DNA of 64,000 nt. Source: Alphaproteobacteria bacterium (GTDB lineage: Bacteria > Pseudomonadota > Alphaproteobacteria > GCA-2731375). The first letter of the stretch is position 1. Each line of letters starts with the position of its first letter. The position numbers and the translations under genes are program-made. The notes under the pieces were generated by a model that saw only the letters and a list, made by a program, of their open reading frames with translations, was not told the DNA's origin and ran no database searches. Shown one piece after another: positions 1 to 9,654 of this stretch. Where the stretch lies: NCBI GenBank assembly GCA_965232515.1, contig CBDDPY010000002.1, forward strand, positions 2,048,001 through 2,112,000. The letters are read 5' to 3'.

Positions 1-1098
1 ATCGACGATCCCGGCGTCATCGTCGAGGGCTTCATCCACCGCCTGATTGACGCCGGCCTGCCGCTCGACCGCCTGGCGAGCGCAATCCCGACGCTCTATG
101 CCGTGCGCCGGGGCCTCGGCCGTCACTGGACGCGCGAGAACGGGCTCTCGACCCTCGAATTCCCATGGGACAACGTCACCGGCTACGAGGCCAGCCCCTA
201 CTACGAGGCGCACGAGACCCGCGACTGGGTCTCCTTTCGACTGAACGAAACGCCGGACGACGCCTATGGCGTCGTGCCCGAGCTGCGCGCCGGCGGCTAT
301 ACGCACTATCTCTGCATGCCGGTCTTCTTCCGCGACGGCACCTTCGGCGGCATGACCTTCGCCACCCGTCACCCAGACGGCTTCAGCCCGTCGAATCTCG
401 CCTTCCTACGCGCCATCGAGGACGCGGTCGCCATCGTGCTGGAGCTCAACCGCGTTTGGCTGCTGCTGCACGAGACACTGAAGATGTACGTCGGTGACGA
501 GCCGCAGGCCCGCATCCTGTCGGGCCAGGTCCAGCGCGGCGACGTCGTGCGCATCCGCTCGGCCATCGTCTTCGCCGACATGCGCGGCTTCACGGCGCTG
601 TCGGGCAAGATGACCAGCGAGGAGACGGTGGCGCTCCTGAACCGCTTCTTCGACTGCGTGGTGCCGCCGATTGAGGCCGCGGCGGGCGACGTCTTGAAAT
701 ACATCGGCGACGGCGTGCTGGCGATCTTCCGTGCCGAGGAAGACGAGCAGGCCGCCTGCGCCAAGGCGATGGCGGCGGCACGCGCGGTCCTCCAGCGCGT
801 GCGCGATGATCGCGCCGCTGCTAGCCCGTCCGTGCGTTTCGACATCAAGATCGCGCTGCATTTCGGCGAGGTCGCCTACGGCAATATCGGCTCGGGCGCC
901 CGGCTCGACTACACTGTCGTCGGCGGCAGTGTGAACCTCGCCAGCCGCCTCGCCGATCTAGCCGGCCGTCTCGAACACCGGATCCTGGTGTCGGCCGACT
1001 TCGCCGAGCGCCTGTCGAGCCACGAATTCGAGGCGCTCGGCGCGCATGAACTGCGCGGCGTTGCCGAACCGCAGCGCGTCTTCGCGCCGTCGGAATGA
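1..1098 (+). CDS. Class III adenylate/guanylate cyclase with N-terminal GAF-like region (5' end truncated by the window edge)
   Basis: Frame is open from base 1. Cyclase motifs VFADMRGFT, KYIGDG and DYTVVGGSVNLASRL; the K and D residues suggest ATP specificity. Confidence 0.9.
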   Translation: MDDPGVIVEGFIHRLIDAGLPLDRLASAIPTLYAVRRGLGRHWTRENGLSTLEFPWDNVTGYEASPYYEAHETRDWVSFRLNETPDDAYGVVPELRAGGYTHYLCMPVFFRDGTFGGMTFATRHPDGFSPSNLAFLRAIEDAVAIVLELNRVWLLLHETLKMYVGDEPQARILSGQVQRGDVVRIRSAIVFADMRGFTALSGKMTSEETVALLNRFFDCVVPPIEAAAGDVLKYIGDGVLAIFRAEEDEQAACAKAMAAARAVLQRVRDDRAAASPSVRFDIKIALHFGEVAYGNIGSGARLDYTVVGGSVNLASRLADLAGRLEHRILVSADFAERLSSHEFEALGAHELRGVAEPQRVFAPSE

Positions 1099-1163
1099 GG
1101 CTCGGCTAAAATGCAACGCATTTGAGTTGAATCAGAACTTCGCCGCCGCGAACCGATATCGCC

Positions 1164-1235
1164 TGCTTCGAGACGCGGCTTCGCCGCTCCTCAGCATGAG
1201 GTCGTGCCTTTATATCAAACACAAACCTCATCCTG
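1164..1235. repeat. REP/BIME-like palindromic repeat, left part (interrupted by the IS; continues at 2411-2459)
   Basis: tgcttcgagacg..ctcctcagcatgagg..aaacctcatcctg matches the uninterrupted copy at 30015-30130. Confidence 0.8.
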
Positions 1236-2410
1236 GAGACCTTTGCACGGTAGGTGTTGTTTGTCGCTATGTTCGAGCTTGGCGCTGGGTTGTTAGCGGC
1301 GATCGCGCCTGTTTTCGAGCCGCTGACCGGCTTGAGGCCTGTTTGCTGTCGATGAGGTCGATATCGAGCGGCCTCAAGTTGCGCAGAGGACGGCGAGGCG
1401 TCGCAGGTTGTAGGCGAAACAGGCGAGCGTGACGGTGACTTCGTTGCGTGCTTGGCTGAAATGCGGCAGGCGGCTGAGGCGGTAGCTTCGTTTGAGGGTG
1501 CCGAAGATCTTCTCGACCGGTCGGCGCCGGGCCACCAGCCGGTGGTTCCGGGCGGTCTCTTCGGCGTTGAGCGGCCTGCCTTTACGGGCATGGCGCATGA
1601 CCCCGTCGGCGATGCCGAGCGCCGCCAGATGATCGCGCAGGCGCCGGGCGTCATAACCACGGTCGGCATAGACGGCCTGCTCGTCGCCCTGAACCAAATC
1701 GGCGGCAAAGTCGATCTCCTGGCGATTGGCCGGCGTCAGAAACAGGCCGCGGATCAGCGCCGAGCCCTGATCCACGGCCACATGCAGCTTGTAGCCAAAG
1801 CTATAGCGCCGGCGCTCGTTGTTGGTGCCAAAGCGCGCATCCGGATCGGTCCGGCTGGTCCGGCCTTCCTTGATCCGAGGCCGCCGCGCCGCGCTGCTCA
1901 CCAGGCTGGCATCAATCAACGTGCCTTGTTTGAGCACGACCTGGTGCGCTTCGAGCTGACGCGACAACTCCCCCATCAGCGCCTCAAGACGCGCCGCCCC
2001 GCGTAGACGGTCCCGGAAACGGTGGATCGTCGAGTGATCGGGAACCGGATCGCTCAGGCTCAGACCGACAAACCGACGGAACGAGATCCGGTCCGCCAAC
2101 GCCTCCTCCATCATCGGATCCGACAGATTGTACCAGCGCTGCAACAGCAGCACCTTGAACATGATCAGCGCCGGATAAGACGGCTCGCCCCGACGCGACG
2201 GATAAAGCCCCTCCAGCAGCGCCTCAAACGGCCGCCAGTCCACAAGATCATTGATCTTCGACAGCCGATCGAACCGAGCGCCAAGCCGCGCCTCGACAAC
2301 CGCGTCCTCAAACCCCAGCTGACCAACACGCTTGCGAGACATCTCAAACCCTCACCGACAGCCCCTATACCGTCAGTGAATCACGCTTCCCAAAACCGTG
2401 CAAAGGTCTC
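1236..2410 (-). mobile_element. Complete IS5-family insertion sequence (1175 bp)
   Basis: Perfect 16-bp terminal inverted repeats gagacctttgcacggt (1236-1251) and accgtgcaaaggtctc (2395-2410). Direct repeat catcctg at 1229-1235 and 2411-2417. Single transposase gene. Confidence 0.93.
1374..2342 (-). CDS. IS5-family DDE transposase
   Basis: LLQRWYNLSDPMMEEALADRISFRRFVGL, LIDASLV, FGYKLHVAVD, VYADRGY, RRPVEKIFG. Confidence 0.95.
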   Translation of the reverse strand: MSRKRVGQLGFEDAVVEARLGARFDRLSKINDLVDWRPFEALLEGLYPSRRGEPSYPALIMFKVLLLQRWYNLSDPMMEEALADRISFRRFVGLSLSDPVPDHSTIHRFRDRLRGAARLEALMGELSRQLEAHQVVLKQGTLIDASLVSSAARRPRIKEGRTSRTDPDARFGTNNERRRYSFGYKLHVAVDQGSALIRGLFLTPANRQEIDFAADLVQGDEQAVYADRGYDARRLRDHLAALGIADGVMRHARKGRPLNAEETARNHRLVARRRPVEKIFGTLKRSYRLSRLPHFSQARNEVTVTLACFAYNLRRLAVLCAT

Positions 2411-2459
2411 CATCCTGAGGAGCGCCCGAAAGGGTGCGTCTCGAAGGATTAGCCATCAG
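2411..2459. repeat. REP/BIME-like repeat, right part
   Basis: catcctgaggagcgcccgaaagggtgcgtctcgaaggattagccatcag matches 30082-30130. Confidence 0.8.
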
Positions 2460-2511
2460 TTGCCGATGTCGTCAAACCAAAGGCATCGCTGCGCTGTCTG
2501 CGCCGGCGACT

Positions 2512-3141
2512 CTAGGCCACGGCCGCCCGGCGGCTTGCCCGCATCAGCATGAGCTCGACCACGACGATGTTGGGCAGCCAGCAGGAGAAGCTCAGGAACG
2601 CCGAGACCTGGTCGTAGTCGAGCCCGAAGACGGCCTCGAAGACGACGAGCTGCAGGCGCAGCGTGATCGCCGCGGCGGTCAGTGCATAGGACCGCCACAT
2701 CCAGCGCCGGTGCAGATCGAACCGGCGGTGCCTGGCATGGCACCAGCCCGTTAACGTCGCGCCGAGCCAGGCCACCGCCAGCGCCGAAAACCCCGCCGTC
2801 GCGACCCAGCCGCTTTCCACGTCGCCGGCGATCCACAGCGCGCTCAATGCGCCGGCCGCACAGGACACGACGTAGGCGCGTCCCGACCAGCGATGCGCGC
2901 CCGGCCAGCGCCGCCGCAACCCGGACAGCAATTGCAGGGCGCCCAGCATCAGCGCCAGCGCCGAGGCCGTCGCATGGGCGATGAAGATCCAGCCGTTCGT
3001 CGCGAACGACGCCCGCATCGATGGCGGCGCCATCTCGGCATCGCCCGAGAGATACCGCAGCGACGCCAGCCCGATCCCGAAGGCCAGGATCAGCAGCAGC
3101 GCCATTGGCGCATGTCGGGTCACATCCGCGTACGAACGCAT
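2512..3141 (-). CDS. DUF2306-type membrane protein
   Basis: ATG at 3141 with GGAGG RBS. Several hydrophobic helices; HRWSGRAYV and HRRWMWRSYAL motifs. Confidence 0.8.
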   Translation of the reverse strand: MRSYADVTRHAPMALLLILAFGIGLASLRYLSGDAEMAPPSMRASFATNGWIFIAHATASALALMLGALQLLSGLRRRWPGAHRWSGRAYVVSCAAGALSALWIAGDVESGWVATAGFSALAVAWLGATLTGWCHARHRRFDLHRRWMWRSYALTAAAITLRLQLVVFEAVFGLDYDQVSAFLSFSCWLPNIVVVELMLMRASRRAAVA

Positions 3142-3166
3142 GTCGAACCTCCATCCCTTGTACGCG

Positions 3167-3979
3167 CTAGAAGCGGTAGGAGATCGCCAGGCCCGCGAAG
3201 AACTGATCGGCCGAGCCCTCGTCATCGACAACAGGGCTGTCGGCGGCGTCGCCGATCAGACGGGTATAGGCGACGCGGCCGAAGGCGCCCCAGCGTTCGG
3301 AAAAGTTGTAGCTGAGGGTCGCGCCGACGCCGACATCCTTGAAGCCGGCGTCCGCATCGAACACCGGCAGCCCGCTGCGCCCCGCGTCAACCGCATCGAT
3401 GCCGAAATAGGTCTGCATGTAGTCGTCGGTCGCATAGGTGGCGCCGGTATCGAGCCCCACCCGCCAGCGCTCGCCGAAGGTCATGGCGTAGCCCAGGCTC
3501 AGGCCGGCGGTCAGGCCCTCGTGCGCGTCGCCGACATCGGCCAACACCTCGACGCCCAGCTCCAGCTCGTCGCCGGACCGGAACAGATCGTCGAGGACGT
3601 AGCGAAAGAAACCGCCGACCTCGACGGCGTCGTCGATATCGGACAGTTCGTCGACGGTGTCGTTCGAGACGTCGTCGCGGCCGGGACGGAAGCTCACGAC
3701 CGGCCCGAACTGGAATGCAGCGTCGGGCCGCACGTTCAACCGCGCGGTCAGCCCCTGGAACTCGAATCCCAGATCGAAGGCCTCGATCTGACCGATGATC
3801 AGCGGCACCGGCTCGTAGTCGGACGACCCCTCGTAGTCCGGCGTGACGCCGACGCCGGCGGCGATAAAGCCGCTGACGCCGTTGCCGCGTTCGTCCGCCG
3901 GCGACGGCGCGGGCAGCAGCAGGGATCCGGAAACGACAAGGAGGGTGGCGGGAAACAAGGACGATGACGATAGGGGCAC
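3167..3979 (-). CDS. MipA/OmpV-family outer-membrane beta-barrel protein
   Basis: Signal peptide; PDYEGS, YMQTYFGID and AADSPVV motifs; C-terminal SYRF. Confidence 0.88.
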   Translation of the reverse strand: MPLSSSSLFPATLLVVSGSLLLPAPSPADERGNGVSGFIAAGVGVTPDYEGSSDYEPVPLIIGQIEAFDLGFEFQGLTARLNVRPDAAFQFGPVVSFRPGRDDVSNDTVDELSDIDDAVEVGGFFRYVLDDLFRSGDELELGVEVLADVGDAHEGLTAGLSLGYAMTFGERWRVGLDTGATYATDDYMQTYFGIDAVDAGRSGLPVFDADAGFKDVGVGATLSYNFSERWGAFGRVAYTRLIGDAADSPVVDDEGSADQFFAGLAISYRF

Positions 3980-4283
3980 GCTCTGATCTCTCCGACTGGG
4001 ACAACACCAATGCTTTGCCGCCCCGGCCCCGCGGGCCGCCCCTTACCGGGCGCGTGGTCAACCACGAATGCGGCCGGATTGTGAGCAACTGTTCTGGTTC
4101 GGTAAACTCGCGTTCGGCGGGCGTTGGAACCGTTCAAAAAACGTCCTGCAGGTCGATGAAATTCCAGGCAAAACAGACAAATCTGAACTTCGCCGACACC
4201 GCAAAATAGTATGGGCATTCAGGTTTTGTCGCTGAAAACCGACTTCGCAGGGTCGACATCGGCGTCGTCGGCATGCCAATAAC

Positions 4284-4922
4284 ATGAGTATGCGCTCAGG
4301 TAAGAAGACCCCCTCCAAATCCGCCCGCGCCCGGCGGACGCCGCGACAGCAGCGGTCGCGCGCCATGGTGGACGACATCGTCGAGGCGACCTGGAAGGTG
4401 TTGGCCGAGGAAGGCTATGCCGCGGCCAGCACCAACCGCATCGCCGAGCGCGCCGGCACAAGCGTCGGCTCGCTCTATCAGTATTTCCCCAACAAAGACG
4501 CCATCGTCGCCGCCGTGCAGCGCCGGCATCACGCCGATATCGCCGCCGTCATGGCCGCCGCCTTCGCCGAGGCCGCTGGCCAGCCGCTCGACGTCGCGAC
4601 GCGCGTGCTCGTCCGCGCCAGTCTCGACGCCCACCGGGTCGACCCCGAGCTGCACCGCACGCTGGCCGAGCGGGTGCCCGCGTCCGTCAATCCGGAAACG
4701 AAGGCGTCGCTGACGGACGGCATCCAGGCCCAGATCCGCGTCTGGCTCGAAGGCCACGCGCACGAGCTCGCGGTCACCGACCTCGACACCGCCGCCTTCA
4801 TCATCTTTCACCTGGTCGAAGCCGTGTCGCACGCCGCCATCCTCGACCAGCGCGAGACGCCGACGCCGGTCCAGGTGGAAGACGAACTCACCGCAACGGT
4901 CCTCAGATACCTGATCGGCTGA
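4284..4922 (+). CDS. TetR/AcrR-family transcriptional regulator
   Basis: PRQQRSRAMVDDIVEA...IAERAGTSVGSLYQYFPNK helix-turn-helix; divergent from the MipA-family gene. Confidence 0.92.
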   Translation: MSMRSGKKTPSKSARARRTPRQQRSRAMVDDIVEATWKVLAEEGYAAASTNRIAERAGTSVGSLYQYFPNKDAIVAAVQRRHHADIAAVMAAAFAEAAGQPLDVATRVLVRASLDAHRVDPELHRTLAERVPASVNPETKASLTDGIQAQIRVWLEGHAHELAVTDLDTAAFIIFHLVEAVSHAAILDQRETPTPVQVEDELTATVLRYLIG

Positions 4923-4999
4923 TCCGATCGCCGCGCGATCATTCCCGATTTGCCCGCCTCGACTTGGTCGTGACGCACCGCCCACCTAACATAACGGCG

Positions 5000-5371
5000 A
5001 TGGACATCTTCACGGTTCTACTTTGGGGTGGATGGCTGGTGGTCATGGCCACGCCTTTTGCCATGCTCTACCTGTTTTTCTTCGGCGCGACCGACGAGGA
5101 CCGGGCGCGTCGGAAGGCCGTCGGTCTGCTCCACAAGGCGTGCGTTCGCCGCAGGGGAAGAATAGCGCGGCATGGCATGCGGATGGACGTCACCCGCGCC
5201 GACGCCTGGAACGAACTCCCCTGGATCGCCGTAGACCCGACGCTGCTCAGAGACATTGCCGAAAAAACGCCCGCGGCCAACTGGTACAAACTGGAAATCC
5301 CCTGCGTCGAGGACATCACGCCGCCGCGATGTGAAACGCAGCCCTGGCATTACTATCACTGGTATTGGTGA
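5000..5371 (+). CDS. Hypothetical small membrane-anchored protein
   Basis: Fills the gap between neighbours; N-terminal hydrophobic helix; no family recognised. Confidence 0.45.
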   Translation: MDIFTVLLWGGWLVVMATPFAMLYLFFFGATDEDRARRKAVGLLHKACVRRRGRIARHGMRMDVTRADAWNELPWIAVDPTLLRDIAEKTPAANWYKLEIPCVEDITPPRCETQPWHYYHWYW

Positions 5372-5502
5372 GGGCAATCGCGGGGCCGTTCGTCGCCGGC
5401 CGATAAAGGGCCGACAACCGCCGTTCCGCACCGCGTTCCCCGGCACCACGGACAGACCGCCACGCCCAATCCCTTTGACTCCGCGTGCGCCGGATGGGAA
5501 CA

Positions 5503-6171
5503 ATGCCGGTCATGCGGAGGTCCCGACTCGCACGCGGGTTCGCGCGGCTCGTCGTCGCCGCGACGCTGCTGCTCGCGGCACCGGTCGCGGCGGCATCGCT
5601 GACCATCGACGGCGTCACCTTCACCGAAGTCTCCGACAACGTCCGCATCGTCAACGTCACCGGCCGCGGCACCATCGACGATCCGTTCGTCCTGGTCGAG
5701 GAGATCGTCGCCGCCGGCGACGCCATCATCGGCATCAAGGTCAACAGCGTCGAGTTCGGCAGCCGCGTCGGCACCTTCCACTTCGTCGGCTTCGCGCTGA
5801 CCAAGGTGGTGACCAACCGCACCAAGAGCGCCTGGAACTTCTTCAACATGGAGCTCGAGACCAAGGTCGGTCAGGCGAGCGACTATTACGACGGCCTGTC
5901 GTTCGCCCAGGAGGCCAAGGCCAACCGGCCGTTCCGCTCCGACACCTTCGCCCATGTCGACGACATCCTCGAGCCGCGCGACGCACTGCGTTTCTCGGTC
6001 GGCCGCGTCGAGCCGAACGAGACCGCCGCGTTCCGCTTCGCCATCACCCACACCGGCCCGACGCCGACGTTTTTTCTGGTACAACACGAACGCAAACCGG
6101 TCGCCGGCCTGGACGATCCGCCAAGGTTGACCGAACTGACATTGAATGGGGTCCGAATCATTGAGGACTGA
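5503..6171 (+). CDS. Hypothetical exported beta-rich protein
   Basis: Signal peptide (LVVAATLLLAAPVAAA); strong high-GC3 codon bias; stop lies 4 bp before the next start. Start codon uncertain. Confidence 0.75.
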   Translation: MPVMRRSRLARGFARLVVAATLLLAAPVAAASLTIDGVTFTEVSDNVRIVNVTGRGTIDDPFVLVEEIVAAGDAIIGIKVNSVEFGSRVGTFHFVGFALTKVVTNRTKSAWNFFNMELETKVGQASDYYDGLSFAQEAKANRPFRSDTFAHVDDILEPRDALRFSVGRVEPNETAAFRFAITHTGPTPTFFLVQHERKPVAGLDDPPRLTELTLNGVRIIED

Positions 6172-6175
6172 GACG

Positions 6176-9100
6176 ATGACCACGGTCGAAACGCCGCGCA
6201 ATCAGCTTCCCGTCCTGGCGCCGCAGCCCGCGGCCGAACCGGAGGCCGGGCGCGGCGACGATCCGCGGCGCGGCGGCCTGCGCCGCTGGTTCGTGCTGGC
6301 GGCGCTGGTGACGCTGGTCTGGCTCGCCGCCTGCGGCGCCTATGTCTGGTTCTATCTCGGTCCCGATTCGCTCGCCTTCCTGCTGCCGCACGAGCTGGCG
6401 GTCATGGTCAGCGCCGTGTTTACGCCGCTGGTGGTGATCTGGCTGATGCTGCTCTACATGCGCCGCGGCAGCGAGTTGCGCGCGCACGCCATGGCGCTGG
6501 AGACGCGGCTGGACGGCCTGACCTACGCGGACGCCGCCGGCAGCGCCCGCGTCGACAGCATCGGCGAGGCGCTCAAGCGGCAGGCCGACACGCTGAACGC
6601 CGCGACCGAGGCCGCGGTCGCCCGCGTGCAGGAAGCCGAGGGCCAGCTGCGCGAACGCGCCGACGCCCTTTTCAAGGTCGCGGACGCCATCGGCGAGCGC
6701 GCCGACGGCGCCGGCGGGCGGCTGCGGCAGCACGCCGTCGCCCTGCAGAACGCCGCCGCCGGCATCGCCAGCCGGGGCGAGGACCTGGATAAGCAGCTCC
6801 AGGGCCGCGCCGAGCGACTGACCGACGTCGCCGCCAAGGCCGCGAAGGCCGTCGAATCGGCGGTCGACGGCTTCGACAGCCGGGCCGAAGGCATCGAGCG
6901 CGCCGCCGACAAGGCCGCCGAGCGCGTCAGCGCCATCGGCGAGGAGTTCCGCTACCAAGCCGACGAGATCGACGCCGCCGCCGACAAGGCGGCCGAACGC
7001 GCCGCCGCGGCCACCGCCGAACTCAAGGCCGAGAGCGAGGCGATGCTCGACAACGCCGGCGCCGCCGTGCGCCGCGCGTCGGATGCCGGCGCGACCCTGC
7101 GCCAGGACGCCGAAGCGCTGGACCGCTCCGCTGCCGAAATGGCCGACCGGGCCGAAACGCTGCAAACCGATCTGGCGCGCCAGGCCGACACGCTCGCCCA
7201 GGCCGCGACCCGCAGCCGGGACGCCGTCGAATCCGCGCGCGCGTCCTTCAAGAGCCAGACCGACGAACTGCAGACCGCGAGCGACGCCACGCTGCAGTCG
7301 CTGGACGAGGTCGGCCGCCGCACCGTCGCCGCTATCGAAACCGCGAACGAGCGCGCCAGCACCCGCCTGCGCGGCTTCGAAACCCAGACCGGCACCGCCG
7401 TCGAAGCGGCGCGCCGGCAGCTCGACACGGCGCTCACCGGCCTCAGCGACCAGACCGTCGAGGCCATGACGCGCGCCGGCAATCAGGCCGAATCGGCGCT
7501 GCAGGCGCTGGGCGAGCAGGCGACGTCCGTGCTGACCGAGGCCGGCGACGGCTACGCCGCGCGCATGCACGGTCTGACCGCCGCCGCCCGCGCCGCCACC
7601 GGCGCCATCGACGCCGCCGGCCAACAGCTTGACGACCGCACCCAGGCCGTCGAGGCGGCCAGCGACGTCGCCGTGCGCAACGTCGATGCCGTGCGCGGCA
7701 CGCTCGCCGCCGGCGCGTCGGAGATCGAGGCCGCGGCGGCGAAGGCCCATCTGCGCGGCGAGGAACTGCACCACCGCTTCGACGACCTCGGCACGGCGGC
7801 AAGCGAAGCCAACACCGCGCTGCAATCCGCGGGCGACGCCTTCGACGCCCAGACCGCGCGTCTCTCCACCAGCGCCGACGCCATGTCGACCCGCCTGCAT
7901 GAGGCGGGCAGCCTGTTGCGCGAGGAGGCCGACGGCCTGCAATCGACGGCCGACCGCGCTCGCCAGCAGCTCGACGCCGCCAGCGACACGCTCGCCAACC
8001 AGGCCGCCGCCATCACCACCGCTTCGGTGCGGGCCCAGGCCGAGGCCGAGGCCGTCGGCGGCGCGCTGCAGCAGCACGCGGCGACGCTCCACGACAGCGC
8101 CGACCACGCCGCCGACCGCGTGACGCACATTCGCGACATGCTGGAGCGCCAGTCGTCGGCCTTGTCTGATCTCGCGGCCATGATCGTGGCCCAGGCCCGC
8201 GCTGTCGAGGAATCCATGCAAAGCCACGGCGCTCAATTGAAACGCGCCTCATCGGATGCCGCCGAGCGCGTCGAGGAGGCCGGCGCCCGCATCGTCGGCG
8301 AGGTCAAGCGCCTCGGCTCGGCCGCCGAGATGGGCACCGAGCGCATGGCCAACACCGCCGTCGAGATGCGCGAGCACGGCACCGAGCTCGCCGCCGCCGC
8401 CGCCCGCGCCACCGGCCAGATCAACCTGGTTGGCGACCAGATACGCGTGCAGCAGGACGCGCTGGTGGCGTCGGCCGATCAGGCCACGCGTCATCTCGGC
8501 GACGTCACCACCGAGCTGCGCTTCAGCGCCGACCAGGTGCGGCAGGAATCGGAGCGCGCCGGCGAGCTCCTTGACGACAGCAGCGAGCGGCTGATCGCCG
8601 CCGCGACCGAGGCCAGCGAGCAGGTCGGCCGCGCCTCCTCCACCCTGCGCACCGGCGAGCAGCGGCTCGAGCAGACCAAGACGGATGCCGTCGGCCACCT
8701 GATCGAGGCCGGCATCGCCTTCGACGAGCGCGCGGGCCAGCTCACCGAGGCCGCCGACCGCGAGGCCACGCGCATCCTCGGCGCCGGCGTCGCCGTGCGT
8801 CAGGAGGCACAGAATATCGGCGCCGCCTCGGAACGCGCCGCCGGCCGCATGCGCGATGCCGGTCACGACATGATGAGCCGCATGACCGAGCTCGACAGCG
8901 CCGCCAACCGCGTCGTCGCCCAGGCCGAGGAAGCCGGCGCCAGCGTGCGCCAGACCATGCGCGAGGTGAACACCGCGGCCGACGTCGCCGGACCGCAGAT
9001 CGACGATCTCGCCGTGCGCCTGCGCAAGCAGGCAAAGCAGATCGCCGCCGCCTCGGAAGGTGCCGCGGCCGTCGCCAAGCTGGTCGGCCAGACCTTTCAT

Positions 9101-9556
9101 CGCCAGTCCCGCGACCTGGTCGAGGCCAGCAAGGCGGCCGAGATCCAGGCCACCGCGCTCAGCCAGGAGGCCGAACAGCACCGCCGACGCAGCTTCCTCA
9201 CCGGCCTCGGCTACATCACCGACCGGCTGTCGTCGCTCGGCGTGGACCTGACCCGCGCATACGAGAAGAACGTGCCGAACGACGCCTGGCAGCGCTATCT
9301 CGACGGCGACAAGACCGTGTTCGCGCGCCGCATCGTTCAGCGCAAGGACCAGTACTCGCTCGACACCATCAAGCGCCAGTACGCCGAGAACACGGAGTTC
9401 CGCGACAACGTCTCGCGCTACTTCGCCCAGTTCGAGAAGTTGTTGGAGGAAGCCGAGCAGCACGACCCCGAGGACCTGATCAGCGCCGCCTTCCTCTCCT
9501 CCGACATCGGCAAGCTGTATCTGCTGCTGTCCCGGGCACTGGACCGAATTCGGTAG
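6176..9556 (+). CDS. Large membrane-anchored coiled-coil protein, TipN/GPR(RgsE)-like polar scaffold with apolipoprotein-like repeats
   Basis: Two N-terminal TM helices, about 900 aa of Ala-rich heptads, and a C-terminal domain AWQRYLDGDKTVFARR...FLSSDIGKLYLLL. Confidence 0.75.
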   Translation: MTTVETPRNQLPVLAPQPAAEPEAGRGDDPRRGGLRRWFVLAALVTLVWLAACGAYVWFYLGPDSLAFLLPHELAVMVSAVFTPLVVIWLMLLYMRRGSELRAHAMALETRLDGLTYADAAGSARVDSIGEALKRQADTLNAATEAAVARVQEAEGQLRERADALFKVADAIGERADGAGGRLRQHAVALQNAAAGIASRGEDLDKQLQGRAERLTDVAAKAAKAVESAVDGFDSRAEGIERAADKAAERVSAIGEEFRYQADEIDAAADKAAERAAAATAELKAESEAMLDNAGAAVRRASDAGATLRQDAEALDRSAAEMADRAETLQTDLARQADTLAQAATRSRDAVESARASFKSQTDELQTASDATLQSLDEVGRRTVAAIETANERASTRLRGFETQTGTAVEAARRQLDTALTGLSDQTVEAMTRAGNQAESALQALGEQATSVLTEAGDGYAARMHGLTAAARAATGAIDAAGQQLDDRTQAVEAASDVAVRNVDAVRGTLAAGASEIEAAAAKAHLRGEELHHRFDDLGTAASEANTALQSAGDAFDAQTARLSTSADAMSTRLHEAGSLLREEADGLQSTADRARQQLDAASDTLANQAAAITTASVRAQAEAEAVGGALQQHAATLHDSADHAADRVTHIRDMLERQSSALSDLAAMIVAQARAVEESMQSHGAQLKRASSDAAERVEEAGARIVGEVKRLGSAAEMGTERMANTAVEMREHGTELAAAAARATGQINLVGDQIRVQQDALVASADQATRHLGDVTTELRFSADQVRQESERAGELLDDSSERLIAAATEASEQVGRASSTLRTGEQRLEQTKTDAVGHLIEAGIAFDERAGQLTEAADREATRILGAGVAVRQEAQNIGAASERAAGRMRDAGHDMMSRMTELDSAANRVVAQAEEAGASVRQTMREVNTAADVAGPQIDDLAVRLRKQAKQIAAASEGAAAVAKLVGQTFHRQSRDLVEASKAAEIQATALSQEAEQHRRRSFLTGLGYITDRLSSLGVDLTRAYEKNVPNDAWQRYLDGDKTVFARRIVQRKDQYSLDTIKRQYAENTEFRDNVSRYFAQFEKLLEEAEQHDPEDLISAAFLSSDIGKLYLLLSRALDRIR

Positions 9557-9654
9557 GCGTGCGGCCTCGCCTGACCGGATGCCGAACGAATTCCATGCGC
9601 CATCGGCGGAGTCCGATCCGATCGGAGTCGACCATATTATCTAGATAGACGGCC

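Noticed and set aside
6158-8236. 692-aa antisense ORF (and 8249-9463)
   Set aside because: Shadow of the GC3-biased coiled-coil gene on the opposite strand; no motifs.
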